From IMG/VR virus record IMGVR_UViG_3300031088_000645: 64,000 bases of DNA; one strand, written 5' to 3'. Each line of letters starts with the position of its first letter. Positions within the stretch are counted from its first letter, which is position 1. The DNA is from an uncultured virus (IMG/VR IMGVR_UViG_3300031088_000645). Its lineage: Duplodnaviria; Heunggongvirae; Uroviricota; Caudoviricetes. The position numbers were made by a program, and so were the translations under genes. Under the pieces are notes generated by a model. The model searched no databases and was not told where the DNA came from. It saw only the letters and a list, made by a program, of their open reading frames with translations. This document shows, in pieces, positions 20,485 to 30,399 of the stretch.

Positions 20485-21345
20485 ATGGCTAGAAAGTCAG
20501 TAAGCAACAAGTATATCGAACTGGAAGATGTTCGTCTTTCACTCAGTCCCAAGGACGACCGCGTTCGTCTCACTTCGTCAGATCCAGACCTAGACGGCGA
20601 GTTCATCGTCACTCTCAGTCAGGGCACTCCGACAGAAGAAAGCGCCCGTGAGCTATTGAAGAAGCTCGGGGTGACTACGAAGCATGTAGATGTCCGACCT
20701 AGCATCGACATGATCCCCATTCTCATGGGAAACATCACGCAGGGTGGCGACACCTACCTTGTGAATGGCGCTAAGCGATCCGGTCGCAACACCTTCATCA
20801 AGTCCGTCCTTCAGACAGCACAGAACGTCGGATTTACGACCTTTGAGCTTACTGGCTCTGGCGTTCGTATCAACGGTGATGAGGTCGAGCGTTTTAGCTC
20901 GCTGGACAGCGCGGAGGATTACAATGCTGCCATTGACTACATCATCGAGGCAAACGACTACGAGAATGTCAACGCGCTCTCGGACTACCCTGTGATCTCA
21001 GTGAGTCAGAAGTTCATCGATGGACTCATCTACGAAGCTGATACCGCCAGAGATGGCGATATCAGCTTCAAGGAGGCACTGGATCATCTTCTTGATCTGA
21101 ACGAGGTCGATGGAGTAATGCTCTTCATCAACGTCGAGAAGGAAGAGGCTCGATTCCGCGAGTTGTTCTCTGTCGAGGACTACTACAACGAGATTCTCTT
21201 TGATGCCGGTCCTGTGGTGCGGTATGAACCCTGGGTCTACGACATCCTCCGAAGCAAGCCGAAGTACTCCTACCTTGCTTCCAATCCATTCCCCATGAAC
21301 GAGCAGCCTGCTCGGGTTGTCGGTTTTAGCGAGCCGAGGGTGTAA
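20485..21345 (+). CDS. Hypothetical protein with degenerate P-loop-like motif
   Basis: AAAGGA RBS; YLVNGAKRSGRNTF resembles Walker A with GKT replaced by GRN. Confidence 0.55.
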   Translation: MARKSVSNKYIELEDVRLSLSPKDDRVRLTSSDPDLDGEFIVTLSQGTPTEESARELLKKLGVTTKHVDVRPSIDMIPILMGNITQGGDTYLVNGAKRSGRNTFIKSVLQTAQNVGFTTFELTGSGVRINGDEVERFSSLDSAEDYNAAIDYIIEANDYENVNALSDYPVISVSQKFIDGLIYEADTARDGDISFKEALDHLLDLNEVDGVMLFINVEKEEARFRELFSVEDYYNEILFDAGPVVRYEPWVYDILRSKPKYSYLASNPFPMNEQPARVVGFSEPRV

Positions 21346-21475
21346 CCGATGTGACGTGTTTGTCTGGGTTGCGGTATTCGTTGCTGTAACCTGAGCCAAA
21401 CGATTTCGCTCGATGTGACGGGAGTGGGCATTCGTACCCACTCCCGTTCTTCGTGGCATAAACGGAAAGGTTTTC

Positions 21476-21895
21476 ATGTCTAATAGCTATAACCCCACAG
21501 CCAAGATGATTCGCTCTCTGTTCGAGTCGCATGGTTTCTCGGAGTACAAGAGCGTCAAAGAGCTAGCTATCGGAGGGCTGGTCTTCTTCCGCGAGCATAG
21601 TGACGGTCGCTTGCAGATGACTTATGTGTTCAGTTGGAGCAACTTCCGTATCGCTGAGAAGAAGGGCACATCACCCTGCATTCTCTGGGTCCGCTCCACG
21701 GTTGATGCCGGTACTTCACGAGAAGACGTGTGGCGTTCCGCACCGAATGGGATTGCAGTCAGTATTCCATTCAAGCCAGATGAGTGGGACTCTGTGAAGG
21801 AGAGAATCGATGACATCATCATTCCGGCTTTTGACGCTAGCACTGATGAAGGCAACCGTATGCTTGAAGAAGCAGCGGCACAGAACTCGTTCTAA
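21476..21895 (+). CDS. Hypothetical protein
   Basis: GAAAGG RBS; hairpin-containing 5' region. Confidence 0.55.
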   Translation: MSNSYNPTAKMIRSLFESHGFSEYKSVKELAIGGLVFFREHSDGRLQMTYVFSWSNFRIAEKKGTSPCILWVRSTVDAGTSREDVWRSAPNGIAVSIPFKPDEWDSVKERIDDIIIPAFDASTDEGNRMLEEAAAQNSF

Positions 21896-22485
21896 GCCAC
21901 TGGACCAACGTCGCGGATGTAGCAGTTGCCGCATAGCGATTCGTACTGGACATCGCCGTCAATGGCTACCTGGCTACCTTCGCTGATGAACTTGCCGTCC
22001 ACCTTGCGTCCATTGAAGAGAGCCTTGCGACCGCATCGGCAGATAGTCTTCATCTCTTCGAGAGAGTGAGCAATCTCCATCAGTCTCAGGCTGCCAGGGA
22101 ACGACTTCGTTTGGAAGTCAGTTCGGATGCCGTACGCAATGACCGGTACACCGATGACCACGGCGATATTGAAGAGGTCGTTGACCTGCTCCGTGCTAAG
22201 GAACTGAGCTTCATCGACAATGAGGCAGTCAATCTCCGCTCCCGCAGAACGGTGACGTGCAAGATGATCGTTGAAGTCATCATAGATGGATGACTCGGGG
22301 TGAACGGCAATGTCCACCTGTCGGTCAAGACCCAGACGCGAAAGCACATTCGCGTCTTTGGTGTCGATGGATGGCTTGGCAATAAGAACAAGCTGACCCC
22401 GCTCTTCATAGTTGAAGGCAACCTGGAGCAGAGCCGTGCTTTTACCTGAGTTCATAGCGCCGTAGCGGAAGTAGAGTTTCGACAT
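21892..22485 (-). CDS. tdk: Thymidine kinase
   Basis: MSKLYFRYGAMNSGKST, VDEAQFL, YGIRTDF, KTICRCGRKA, YESLCGNC. Confidence 0.95.
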   Translation of the reverse strand: MSKLYFRYGAMNSGKSTALLQVAFNYEERGQLVLIAKPSIDTKDANVLSRLGLDRQVDIAVHPESSIYDDFNDHLARHRSAGAEIDCLIVDEAQFLSTEQVNDLFNIAVVIGVPVIAYGIRTDFQTKSFPGSLRLMEIAHSLEEMKTICRCGRKALFNGRKVDGKFISEGSQVAIDGDVQYESLCGNCYIRDVGPVA

Positions 22486-22532
22486 GTCGTGAAGCAATGT
22501 ACTACGCGCGGTAAGCGTTCTGGCACAAATAC

Positions 22533-22571
22533 GAGAAAAGCCCTACGTCTTTTCGGCGTAGGGCTTTTCTC
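22533..22571 (-). terminator. Intrinsic terminator
   Basis: gagaaaagccctacg...cgtagggcttttctc. Confidence 0.7.
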
Positions 22572-22584
22572 TGTTCAGGTGGTG

Positions 22585-22998
22585 CTATCGGATGTTCACG
22601 ACATCCTCCTGCTGCGGAACGAGCGCGGCGTAGTTGTCGAATGCGTCACGAACTCGGTCGAACGTAGGATCTTCCGAAAGAACATCGTTTCCTGTCTTGT
22701 CAAAGATTTCCGTAACGGTCATGCGGTAACCGTAATCGTCGATAACAGGACCGACGACGACCCGCTGGATGTTCTCATTGAGTTCGCTGACGGACTTACC
22801 GAAGCTCTCCAGAGCGGCGTTGCCGACGATGACGGCGAAGGAGTTGGCGAGGGTGTGAAGTCGAACGTGTCCGATGAGAGCCGTGTCTTCGGTGGAGAGC
22901 TTGAGCATCGACTCAGTGATGCTGAGCATGTCTGCCGTAGCGAAGTACGTGTCGTCTTCGACAGTGTGAATCTCGGCGGTGAAGATGTCCTTGCTCAT
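22585..22998 (-). CDS. Hypothetical protein
   Basis: ORF with upstream TTGACA promoter-like sequence and downstream terminator. Confidence 0.6.
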   Translation of the reverse strand: MSKDIFTAEIHTVEDDTYFATADMLSITESMLKLSTEDTALIGHVRLHTLANSFAVIVGNAALESFGKSVSELNENIQRVVVGPVIDDYGYRMTVTEIFDKTGNDVLSEDPTFDRVRDAFDNYAALVPQQEDVVNIR

Positions 22999-23142
22999 TG
23001 TTGTTCTTTTCTCTCAGTGGTTTCGGTCGTAGTTACACACTAGCACTATCAAGCAAGATTTGTCAATCACATAGTTGTTCTAGATGTCTTGTTGACAGCA
23101 GTTGTTGTCTAGGCTAACCTCTGCGCAACAACAAGGAGAAGC

Positions 23143-23724
23143 ATGAAGTACAAAATTGGTGCGTGGGTCTTTGCCTACTTCGCTCTAGTCACACTCAGTC
23201 TCATCGTAGCGTGGCTCTTTGGGAAGTCCGAGTACATCTTTGGAACGGCTTTGGTCGCGACCGGAACCGTCCTCACCATTGCCGCCGCCGTAGTCTCATT
23301 GAGCAGCCTTGTCGCGTCTTGCAGTGCTGCAACCACGACATTCAAAAGCGAGTCCTACGGTTCTCGCGAAGAACGCGCACAGAGCATCGTCAATGCTAAG
23401 GACGCTGCTCGTGGAAGATTCAGCGCCGCGCTTGTTTACCCTCTTGCCATTTTGTCCTTCGCCGTAGCAGCCTACATCTGTTACTGGAATAATGGTCAAT
23501 ACGAATTCCCCCTGAGTGGCGACTCGCTCAACATTTACGGACTCATCTTCCTACCTGCGGTAGGAGTTTTGCTTCTTTCTATTGCTGACACCATTGCTCG
23601 TATCATTGTTCGTGGTCAGCGTGATGAATATGACGAGGCTGTCGAGATTCTCAATGCGGACAAGAAGAGCACATCTTCTGTCACAAAGGTCAAGAAGTCC
23701 AAGGGTTTCAAGATTCTCGGTTGA
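23143..23724 (+). CDS. Four-TM membrane protein (related to 31501 and 32173)
   Basis: AAGGAG RBS; four hydrophobic helices. Confidence 0.65.
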   Translation: MKYKIGAWVFAYFALVTLSLIVAWLFGKSEYIFGTALVATGTVLTIAAAVVSLSSLVASCSAATTTFKSESYGSREERAQSIVNAKDAARGRFSAALVYPLAILSFAVAAYICYWNNGQYEFPLSGDSLNIYGLIFLPAVGVLLLSIADTIARIIVRGQRDEYDEAVEILNADKKSTSSVTKVKKSKGFKILG

Positions 23725-23736
23725 GCAAATACTAGT

Positions 23737-23774
23737 CAAAGCGCCGCTAGCTCAAGATGACTAGCGGCGCTTTG
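23737..23774 (+). terminator. Intrinsic terminator
   Basis: caaagcgccgctag...ctagcggcgctttg. Confidence 0.7.
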
Positions 23775-23821
23775 TTGTATGGTCAGAGCCGTCGAGTACA
23801 CTTTACTCAAAGGAGTTTCAC

Positions 23822-24640
23822 TTGAAGAGCAACCTGCAACCCACTTCCATCGTGGACAAGAACGGCAAACACACGACAGTCCATAAGAAGTTAGCGGTTG
23901 TTCCAGATAGAGCTAGTGACATCACCGTCACGCCTCTAGCAACTACCACTCAGGATAACTTTGAGAACACCCAGTCACATCGTGTAGGGAAGTGGCGTGT
24001 CGCACCCGAAGGTATGGCTGGTGCTATCTGCCAGCACTGCGGTGAATTCGTCACCCGTTCATTCGTCAAAGCGGTGACATTAAAGGCGCGCCGATGCGAA
24101 AACTGCGATGAACACTGCGACCTGTTTTCTCTTGATCCAGCAATCCGAGCGGAAGATGCTGAGTTGGTAGATCCGCAAAAGGTGTATGAACGAGACTGGT
24201 ATCACTACACCACGAACAAAAACTGGTACGAAGATGTCACGAGGCTGAATGAAGAAAAGGGTGCTGGGGGTATTCTTGTGCACCTTGGAAGCGTTGATGC
24301 TGCACTGGAAAGATCAGAGGCTTTTACTCAGACCAACAATCCAACCGTCATCTACGGTTACAAGATTCGAGTCAAGGTCGGCGCGCCTATTTCAGACACC
24401 ATCAATGACGATCACAACGACAACGCTCCGATATCTCCCCGTGAATGTAAGGACGATTTTTGGAACAGCATTGGGTACGATGACAACGACGAAGAGATTA
24501 TGGCAGCGCCAGAGGACATGCAACGCTATGAGCCGTATGGTGCTACCCGATACGTCAACAACTTCGAGGCTATCGGCTCGGTCAGCCTGCTTGCCAACCC
24601 ACTAGCTCTTGAACTGGTGGATACATTTGTCGTCAAGTAA
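23822..24640 (+). CDS. DKNGK leader + Zn-ribbon + putative ART-fold domain
   Basis: CQHC..CENC; WYHYT, VHLGS..AA, RYVNNFEAIGSVSL; AAGGAG RBS before TTG. Confidence 0.65.
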   Translation: MKSNLQPTSIVDKNGKHTTVHKKLAVVPDRASDITVTPLATTTQDNFENTQSHRVGKWRVAPEGMAGAICQHCGEFVTRSFVKAVTLKARRCENCDEHCDLFSLDPAIRAEDAELVDPQKVYERDWYHYTTNKNWYEDVTRLNEEKGAGGILVHLGSVDAALERSEAFTQTNNPTVIYGYKIRVKVGAPISDTINDDHNDNAPISPRECKDDFWNSIGYDDNDEEIMAAPEDMQRYEPYGATRYVNNFEAIGSVSLLANPLALELVDTFVVK

Positions 24641-24822
24641 CTAGTTGTATCTTCGTAGCGCTTGTTGTATGCTCTCGGTAGTGGCTGCAACACCAGCCCG
24701 CCTCAAGATGGTAACTCCTACGCAGTAACTGTCGCTGAGAGCAAGGTTCCGAGAGCCGTGTCACTTCAACTTCCATTAGATTATGGCGGTTGGGCGTAGG
24801 ACTACCGCCAGAGAGAAATCTA

Positions 24823-25539
24823 ATGCCGAAAGACAACTTCAAGAAGACCGCAATCCGTCAGCGTATGGCTATCACGGATGAGTCGTACTCCGTAGCACGT
24901 CGAGCCATCGAAGCCTCTGACTGGTTCTCTGACTTCATGTTGATGACAGGTGGAATGAAGCCAGGACTTCACGTTGTGGCAGCAGAGCCGAAGTCTGGTA
25001 AGACTACGTTCCTGATTGGGGTGATGAAGAGGTTCGCTAACAACGCGAATGCACTGTATGTCAATGCCGAACTCAGTTCCGATGAGATTTCGACTCGCAT
25101 GGTGGACCTAGGAGTGGGCAATGATGTACGAGTGTTGAGTGGCGGCATCTCGCTAGGTGACATTGCTGATACTCTTCGCTTCATCAGAGATACCGGGAAC
25201 AAGACCGATGTGGTGATCGTTGATTACATCAACCTGTTTATCCCCTCGCCATCTGATGAGCGTTACAGGTTTGCTCTGAGCGTTGATCAGAACGTCAGGA
25301 TATTGAGCGAGCTTGCTGCTGAGTTCGAGGTTCCTATCGTTGTCGCATTGATGGCGAGTAGAGAGAAAGCTCGTGAGTTCAGCACCGGTGCGCTCTCCTA
25401 TTCAGGATCTGTCGAGCAGAGTGGCAGCACGGTGATTCATCTCAGCCGCGAAGAGGGCAAGAGGGCTATCTTGTTCAAGCTCATCAAGTCTCGGTTTGTG
25501 CCTTCCGGCGCTGAGAGCGCAATGCCGACTCGCTGGTAA
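24823..25539 (+). CDS. DnaB-like helicase C-terminal (RecA-fold ATPase) domain protein
   Basis: AAEPKSGKTT, NAELS, VIVDYINL, SGSVEQ, KSRF; no DnaB N-terminal domain. Confidence 0.75.
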   Translation: MPKDNFKKTAIRQRMAITDESYSVARRAIEASDWFSDFMLMTGGMKPGLHVVAAEPKSGKTTFLIGVMKRFANNANALYVNAELSSDEISTRMVDLGVGNDVRVLSGGISLGDIADTLRFIRDTGNKTDVVIVDYINLFIPSPSDERYRFALSVDQNVRILSELAAEFEVPIVVALMASREKAREFSTGALSYSGSVEQSGSTVIHLSREEGKRAILFKLIKSRFVPSGAESAMPTRW

Positions 25540-25542
25540 CGC

Positions 25543-25582
25543 CAAGAAGCCCTTCTCATGAGATGTCGAGAAGGGCTTCTTG
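25543..25582. terminator. Bidirectional terminator
   Basis: caagaagcccttctc...gagaagggcttcttg. Confidence 0.7.
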
Positions 25583-25591
25583 AATGGACTG

Positions 25592-25729
25592 TTAGATATC
25601 GCTTCGCAGCCCCTTACCGGCAGGGTGGCGCTGCATTGCTGCACTGCGCTTGTCCGCCTTGTACTGTTTGTAGCTCACGCCCTTGCTGGAAGCCTTGATG
25701 AAGTCACTGATCGCGTTGATGATGGTCAT
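25592..25729 (-). CDS. Small protein (45 aa), not in ORF track
   Basis: MTIINAISDFIKASSKGVSYKQYKADKRSAAMQRHPAGKGLRSDI; AAGGT RBS; ends at terminator. Confidence 0.5.
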   Translation of the reverse strand: MTIINAISDFIKASSKGVSYKQYKADKRSAAMQRHPAGKGLRSDI

Positions 25730-25825
25730 ATGTCTACCTTACTGGGTATTTGACATCATCTCAAATTGACACGCCGGTATTTTGAACCTATTGCTAGGTC
25801 ATCTGTCCTGAGGTATCATCCGTGC

Positions 25826-26167
25826 ATGACAAAGGTACTGAAAGCTGACATCGAACCAGGAACCATCATCGAACCTGATATCGAAGGCTACGCCATCTCT
25901 GGCGGAATCAAGTCGGCGCGGTTTGAGTTGGTGGATGACATCATCGTGATGACCCTTGACCTTGCCGCAGTGGAGTTTGAAGAAGGCGAAGAGCTATTCC
26001 TCACCGTGGGATGCTTTGCACCGGGTGAAAACAACGGCGAATACTTCAGTGGTCATGAAGTCTCAATGGGTCGCTTTGATATTGGTGGTACGCCACATGA
26101 GGTCGTAGCTGAATACGTAACCGCGAACGATATCGACACTATCCAGATGCGTGATTCCCACCGATAG
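25826..26167 (+). CDS. Hypothetical acidic protein
   Basis: TATCAT-N6-ATG start at MTKVLK. Confidence 0.55.
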   Translation: MTKVLKADIEPGTIIEPDIEGYAISGGIKSARFELVDDIIVMTLDLAAVEFEEGEELFLTVGCFAPGENNGEYFSGHEVSMGRFDIGGTPHEVVAEYVTANDIDTIQMRDSHR

Positions 26168-26225
26168 AGCACTTGTGTTACCGCCCGGATGGTAAAGTAT
26201 AATTATTCCCCTGAAAGGCTTATCA

Positions 26226-27242
26226 ATGTCCGCAACGGTGCCTACGGCTATCGTTGACAAGAATGGTGTTCTCACCACACGACACAAACGCACTGCCACA
26301 CCGGTAAAGTCTCGATTGGTCACTCTTGCTTCAACACCTCCCAAATTTCAAGACGACCCCCGAGACACATTCAGCGAAGTCAACAATCGAATGCATGAAG
26401 CTATCTCCATGCTCACTACATCCATTGCCGAAAGAGTCGAATACAAAGCCGTAGACGACGTAGTTCGGCTCTCTAAGAAGCTCACAGCGCTCTCGGACGC
26501 TATGTCTGTCTGGGAGACGATTACGCGCCATGCTGACTCTATTGAGCAGGCACGAGATGAGTTCAATACAGAGATGAAGGAGCGCATCAGCAATTCATCT
26601 CCGCTGCTGAACGAGCCAGAGATTTCAGGCTATACGTTGGCATTAGGCTACATGAAATCCGCTGACTTCCAAGTCGTCCGAGAGGATGAGGACGTACTAG
26701 CTCTGCGTGCGCACTTCGCGGCTCATATCGGCAAGGATGTCATCGTCACCGATGTTGACGATCAGCAGAGTCGCGGTATCCTCATCGACAACTGGCGACA
26801 TGACATGTACTTCCTAGTTCAAGATGGTGAGCGGTCGGATGAGATAGACATGTTCTCCGTGGCTAGTATCGAAGAAGACGAAAGCGCGCCAAAGGGTTCG
26901 TTTACCCGTCGAGCCATGAGTAACGACGACAAAGAGATGGTTGCCTCGGTTGCTGAAGTAGACAGACTCTCTGAGCAGTGGCTGGGTATCAAAGCCTTGA
27001 CTCAGCCAGGAGAAATCGAGGTCCAGTATGACCGTCTCTATGGACTCACATCCGACATCTTGGACTCGCGAGGACCAGCAACAGGTCAGGTTCCCTCCTA
27101 CGCCATGACCGGTCTGATGAACGAAGTCTTAGGCATCGATGATGCCGAATTCGATGACCTCATCAGTAGCAAAAGAAGTGTATCCATCCCTGTGAGCAAG
27201 ATAAGACAGTACGTAATAGAGGTTGCTGTATCTGAGGACTGA
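26226..27242 (+). CDS. DKNG-leader protein, helical domain shared with 27279
   Basis: PTAIVDKNGVLTTRHK; FxDDPxDT...W.ET...ARDE...EP...GY.LA. Confidence 0.7.
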   Translation: MSATVPTAIVDKNGVLTTRHKRTATPVKSRLVTLASTPPKFQDDPRDTFSEVNNRMHEAISMLTTSIAERVEYKAVDDVVRLSKKLTALSDAMSVWETITRHADSIEQARDEFNTEMKERISNSSPLLNEPEISGYTLALGYMKSADFQVVREDEDVLALRAHFAAHIGKDVIVTDVDDQQSRGILIDNWRHDMYFLVQDGERSDEIDMFSVASIEEDESAPKGSFTRRAMSNDDKEMVASVAEVDRLSEQWLGIKALTQPGEIEVQYDRLYGLTSDILDSRGPATGQVPSYAMTGLMNEVLGIDDAEFDDLISSKRSVSIPVSKIRQYVIEVAVSED

Positions 27243-27278
27243 GGTCACTGTTACCATTGATGTAGGAAGGTGACACAT

Positions 27279-27776
27279 ATGTCCAACAACGTACAGCCAA
27301 CGCCCATCGTCGATAAGAACGGTAAGCAGACAACCGTTCACAAGAAGACCGGTCCAGACATCAAAGATTCGCGAGTGAACAAGCTCACGTCTCAGAAGAA
27401 GGCACCTGAGCGCACTGGTATGCCGTTCCCTGATGACCCTCACGACACTGCCACTGAGAGCATCGAAGAGATGACGAGCGCCATCCGCTCTCTTACTGAG
27501 ATCATGGCATCGACCGAAGATCCAAGTAGGATCATGGACCTTGCTGAGAAGGCATACGCGGTAGCTGATTCTCGCAAGCTTTGGAAGGAGACTATGGGCA
27601 AGCACAAGTACCTCGCAGAAGCTCGTGACGAACTTACGTCCACACTTAATCTTCTCGACAGCGATGCCATCACCTCCATCAGTGAGCCAATGAAGCAGGG
27701 TTACAAGCTTGCTGCTGAGCGCATCAATAGGGTTAGACCAGAAGCTCCAAAGACCACCTTCGGTAACGCCTCGTAG
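27279..27776 (+). CDS. DKNGK-leader protein, helical domain shared with 26226
   Basis: QPTPIVDKNGKQTTVHKK; FPDDPHDT...ARDE...GYKLA. Confidence 0.7.
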   Translation: MSNNVQPTPIVDKNGKQTTVHKKTGPDIKDSRVNKLTSQKKAPERTGMPFPDDPHDTATESIEEMTSAIRSLTEIMASTEDPSRIMDLAEKAYAVADSRKLWKETMGKHKYLAEARDELTSTLNLLDSDAITSISEPMKQGYKLAAERINRVRPEAPKTTFGNAS

Positions 27777-27791
27777 TAACATCAAAATACC

Positions 27792-27828
27792 AAGAAGCGC
27801 CTAGTGAACGTATCGCTAGGCGCTTCTT
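27792..27828 (+). terminator. Intrinsic terminator
   Basis: aagaagcgcctag...ctaggcgcttctt. Confidence 0.65.
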
Positions 27829-27994
27829 CATTCTCACTGTCATCGAAACTGAGTACGCGCTGTGTATTGCCTTGATTTGTGCCCCCATTAATGAGGACAA
27901 AATCGTCTAGGGTGCAGAAAATGCAATTTGGCATCTGTTGACCAATAGCATTGGGTATAACCCGACCCAAAACCCGACTATTTGGACAACCTAA

Positions 27995-29131
27995 ATGAAC
28001 TTGAACATCCACAGCGACAGTGCCGAAAACTCCATCATGCAGACCATCACCATTGCGGTGTCTGCAATTCTCATCGCAGCGGGTCTCGTGACCGCACCAG
28101 GAATGATCAACAACGCCCGAGACGGTAACTCCCGTGGCGATCTTGCCAACATCGCCTTCGTACAGTCAGCAATGGTGACCATCAAGGGTAGCTACTGGGT
28201 GTACGACAGCTATGACTATGACGGCACTGACTACAAGCTCCTGGCTGATTCTGGGATAGAAGGTGCCATCAACTTCACGCCGAGCAACTCACCTCGCTTG
28301 ATTGTTGACATCACCGAAAATGGTGACGGCTGGGTAGCTGTCAGTGAGTCCTCTTCGGGAAAGGTGTTCGTGAGGACATCGAATAGCACCAACACCACCA
28401 CATTGAACGATGCCACGTTCTCGTCTCTTGCTGCTCCGCTAGCCGGAACAGACAACAGTAGTAGCATCAATCTTCCTACTGGCATTCGTCTGAACGTCGT
28501 CAAGAACATGTACACGGCAGCAGTCAATGACGCTCCTTACGCATTCCGTGAAGGACAGCCAGGTGAAGGTAGCAACGCCGAGCTTCCTCCCACTAATCCT
28601 GGCACGGTTCCTACCACGCCCACCAACCCTGAGCCAAGCACTCCTGCCGTTCCGACCACTGAGTTCCGTAGCACCGTGAGCAAGCAGATCAGCCGAACCT
28701 ACAGCGGTAATGGTCACCCTATGCTGGACTTCACCTCTATCAATGAGTCTCAGGACTCCATCTGGAAGATGAACGGTCTCGGTAATGCAGAGGGCAAGAA
28801 TGTCTCTCAGAGCGCCGATAAGGTCACGCAATGGAGGATTGCCAACCCTGACTACAACGACAGCGTTGAACTCAGCAACCCCAACATCACCGTCAGTCTT
28901 CTTGGCACTGACGGTCGTTGGATCAAGGCGAACTACGTCAACAACGTCTCGTACACGAAGTCGGTCTCAGCAAACAACGGATTCACTGTTGAGACTATCA
29001 ACATCGCAGGTGCTGTATTCAAGACACTCACTGACGAGCAGATTGAGAATTACGTTGGAACCCGTCAGTACCTTGTTGAGGCAGACGGATACAAGTACTA
29101 CTTCGACGCAACTGGTGCCATCAAGGGCTAG
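27995..29131 (+). CDS. Atypical pilin-like membrane-anchored protein (copy 2 of 4)
   Basis: AENSIMQTITIAVSAILIAAGLVTAPGMINNARD; Pro/Thr linker; variable C-terminus. Confidence 0.6.
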   Translation: MNLNIHSDSAENSIMQTITIAVSAILIAAGLVTAPGMINNARDGNSRGDLANIAFVQSAMVTIKGSYWVYDSYDYDGTDYKLLADSGIEGAINFTPSNSPRLIVDITENGDGWVAVSESSSGKVFVRTSNSTNTTTLNDATFSSLAAPLAGTDNSSSINLPTGIRLNVVKNMYTAAVNDAPYAFREGQPGEGSNAELPPTNPGTVPTTPTNPEPSTPAVPTTEFRSTVSKQISRTYSGNGHPMLDFTSINESQDSIWKMNGLGNAEGKNVSQSADKVTQWRIANPDYNDSVELSNPNITVSLLGTDGRWIKANYVNNVSYTKSVSANNGFTVETINIAGAVFKTLTDEQIENYVGTRQYLVEADGYKYYFDATGAIKG

Positions 29132-29198
29132 TCTTCACCTGATGCACAAAAGCCTGGGCGGGTCTCAATACGACTCTTCCCAGGCTCTTGCTCTGTGA

Positions 29199-29678
29199 CT
29201 ACAGACTTCTGGCGAAAGCCTTGCGGAACATGCTGAAGTAGAAAGCAGGTCCGTGATGCTCCACCTTGAGAGTCGTCCCGTCGATGGTGATGCACTTCAC
29301 TGGAGTAACGCCATTCTCGGTGATATCGATACTCACCAGGAAACCGTACTTGAGTCCCACCTTCTCGACATCGACAGGGTATAGACCTTCGAGCATACGC
29401 TTGATGTCGGAGAACGAGTCAGAAAGCTCATCGAGTGCGTAACCGCCACGAGCCGCTAGTCCTTCTACAGCCTCGATGTTGTTCTGCTCTGCGGTGGGCA
29501 AGTTGTATAGCTCCGATTCACCTGCAAACATGATGCTTCCACCGTCAATGAGATTGCTCGCGATGCGCACGGTTTCTGCGCTCGGAATGAAGGGCAGGTA
29601 TCCGACTACAGCCTTGCTGTCTTCGATGAACATGTTGATGTTCGGTGTGACAGCCTTGCGAACTACGTTGGAATCCAT
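29199..29678 (-). CDS. Hypothetical protein
   Basis: AGGAG RBS; TTGACC...TATGGT promoter-like sequence. Confidence 0.6.
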   Translation of the reverse strand: MDSNVVRKAVTPNINMFIEDSKAVVGYLPFIPSAETVRIASNLIDGGSIMFAGESELYNLPTAEQNNIEAVEGLAARGGYALDELSDSFSDIKRMLEGLYPVDVEKVGLKYGFLVSIDITENGVTPVKCITIDGTTLKVEHHGPAFYFSMFRKAFARSL

Positions 29679-29891
29679 GTCTCTCCTAGAGTGATCGATA
29701 TCTAGACCATATCAGGAATCGAACAAGCGGGTCAAATGAGGCGCACTTACCCTTAGCGGCTCGTGCATTCCCAACGATCACAATCTGGCTAAAGAATGAA
29801 GGGGTTTATTCCAAATCGTCACTAGGTGTGTATGCGAGCGCTAAACTTACGCATCGCAACATACGCCTTAGTGCGTAGAAATGGACCATTG

Positions 29892-30125
29892 ATGACTCTG
29901 CTTGCCGAGACCCCTGTACTTGATGATTACTACACCGCCAAGCGTGATAGCAAAGGTGGTATTCGTCTGAGTAACGGTACGGGTCTTCTTGTGGCTGATG
30001 CCGATCACACCATTGCTGATGTTCAGGGCTGGCTCAACACTGCAACGAACGAGCGATACAAAGCACAGTATCGCGCAGCACTCAAGCTCATGCTCAACGA
30101 AGCGTTCTCGGCGTTGGCTGCATAA
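29892..30125 (+). CDS. Hypothetical protein
   Basis: ORF coupled by TAATG to the next gene; start uncertain. Confidence 0.5.
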   Translation: MTLLAETPVLDDYYTAKRDSKGGIRLSNGTGLLVADADHTIADVQGWLNTATNERYKAQYRAALKLMLNEAFSALAA

Positions 30126-30394
30126 TGGATCTTCAAGAGCGCTACAAAAAGGGCTATGACTCGATACCTCCATTGCTGTCGGATGGTAAGCCTGTGTTCT
30201 CGAACGTTGCTCATGGTAAGGGTCTCACCGAAGTAGCTACCCATGCGAGGTATAAAGCTCTCCTTGAAGCCGCTATCGACGCTGAGCGTAACGGTGAGTT
30301 CGAGATAGCGCTCTGGTTGACGAATCGCGCGGCACACGAGATTGGTGACAAGTCAGCCTCGTTCCCGTTTGCTGGCAGGTCGGCTTCAAGATAA
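30125..30394 (+). CDS. Hypothetical protein
   Basis: TAATG overlap with the upstream gene. Confidence 0.5.
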   Translation: MDLQERYKKGYDSIPPLLSDGKPVFSNVAHGKGLTEVATHARYKALLEAAIDAERNGEFEIALWLTNRAAHEIGDKSASFPFAGRSASR

Positions 30395-30399
30395 GTGGT

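Noticed and set aside
24823..25539. Calling this the replicative helicase dnaB
   Set aside because: Lacks the N-terminal domain and several motifs are degenerate
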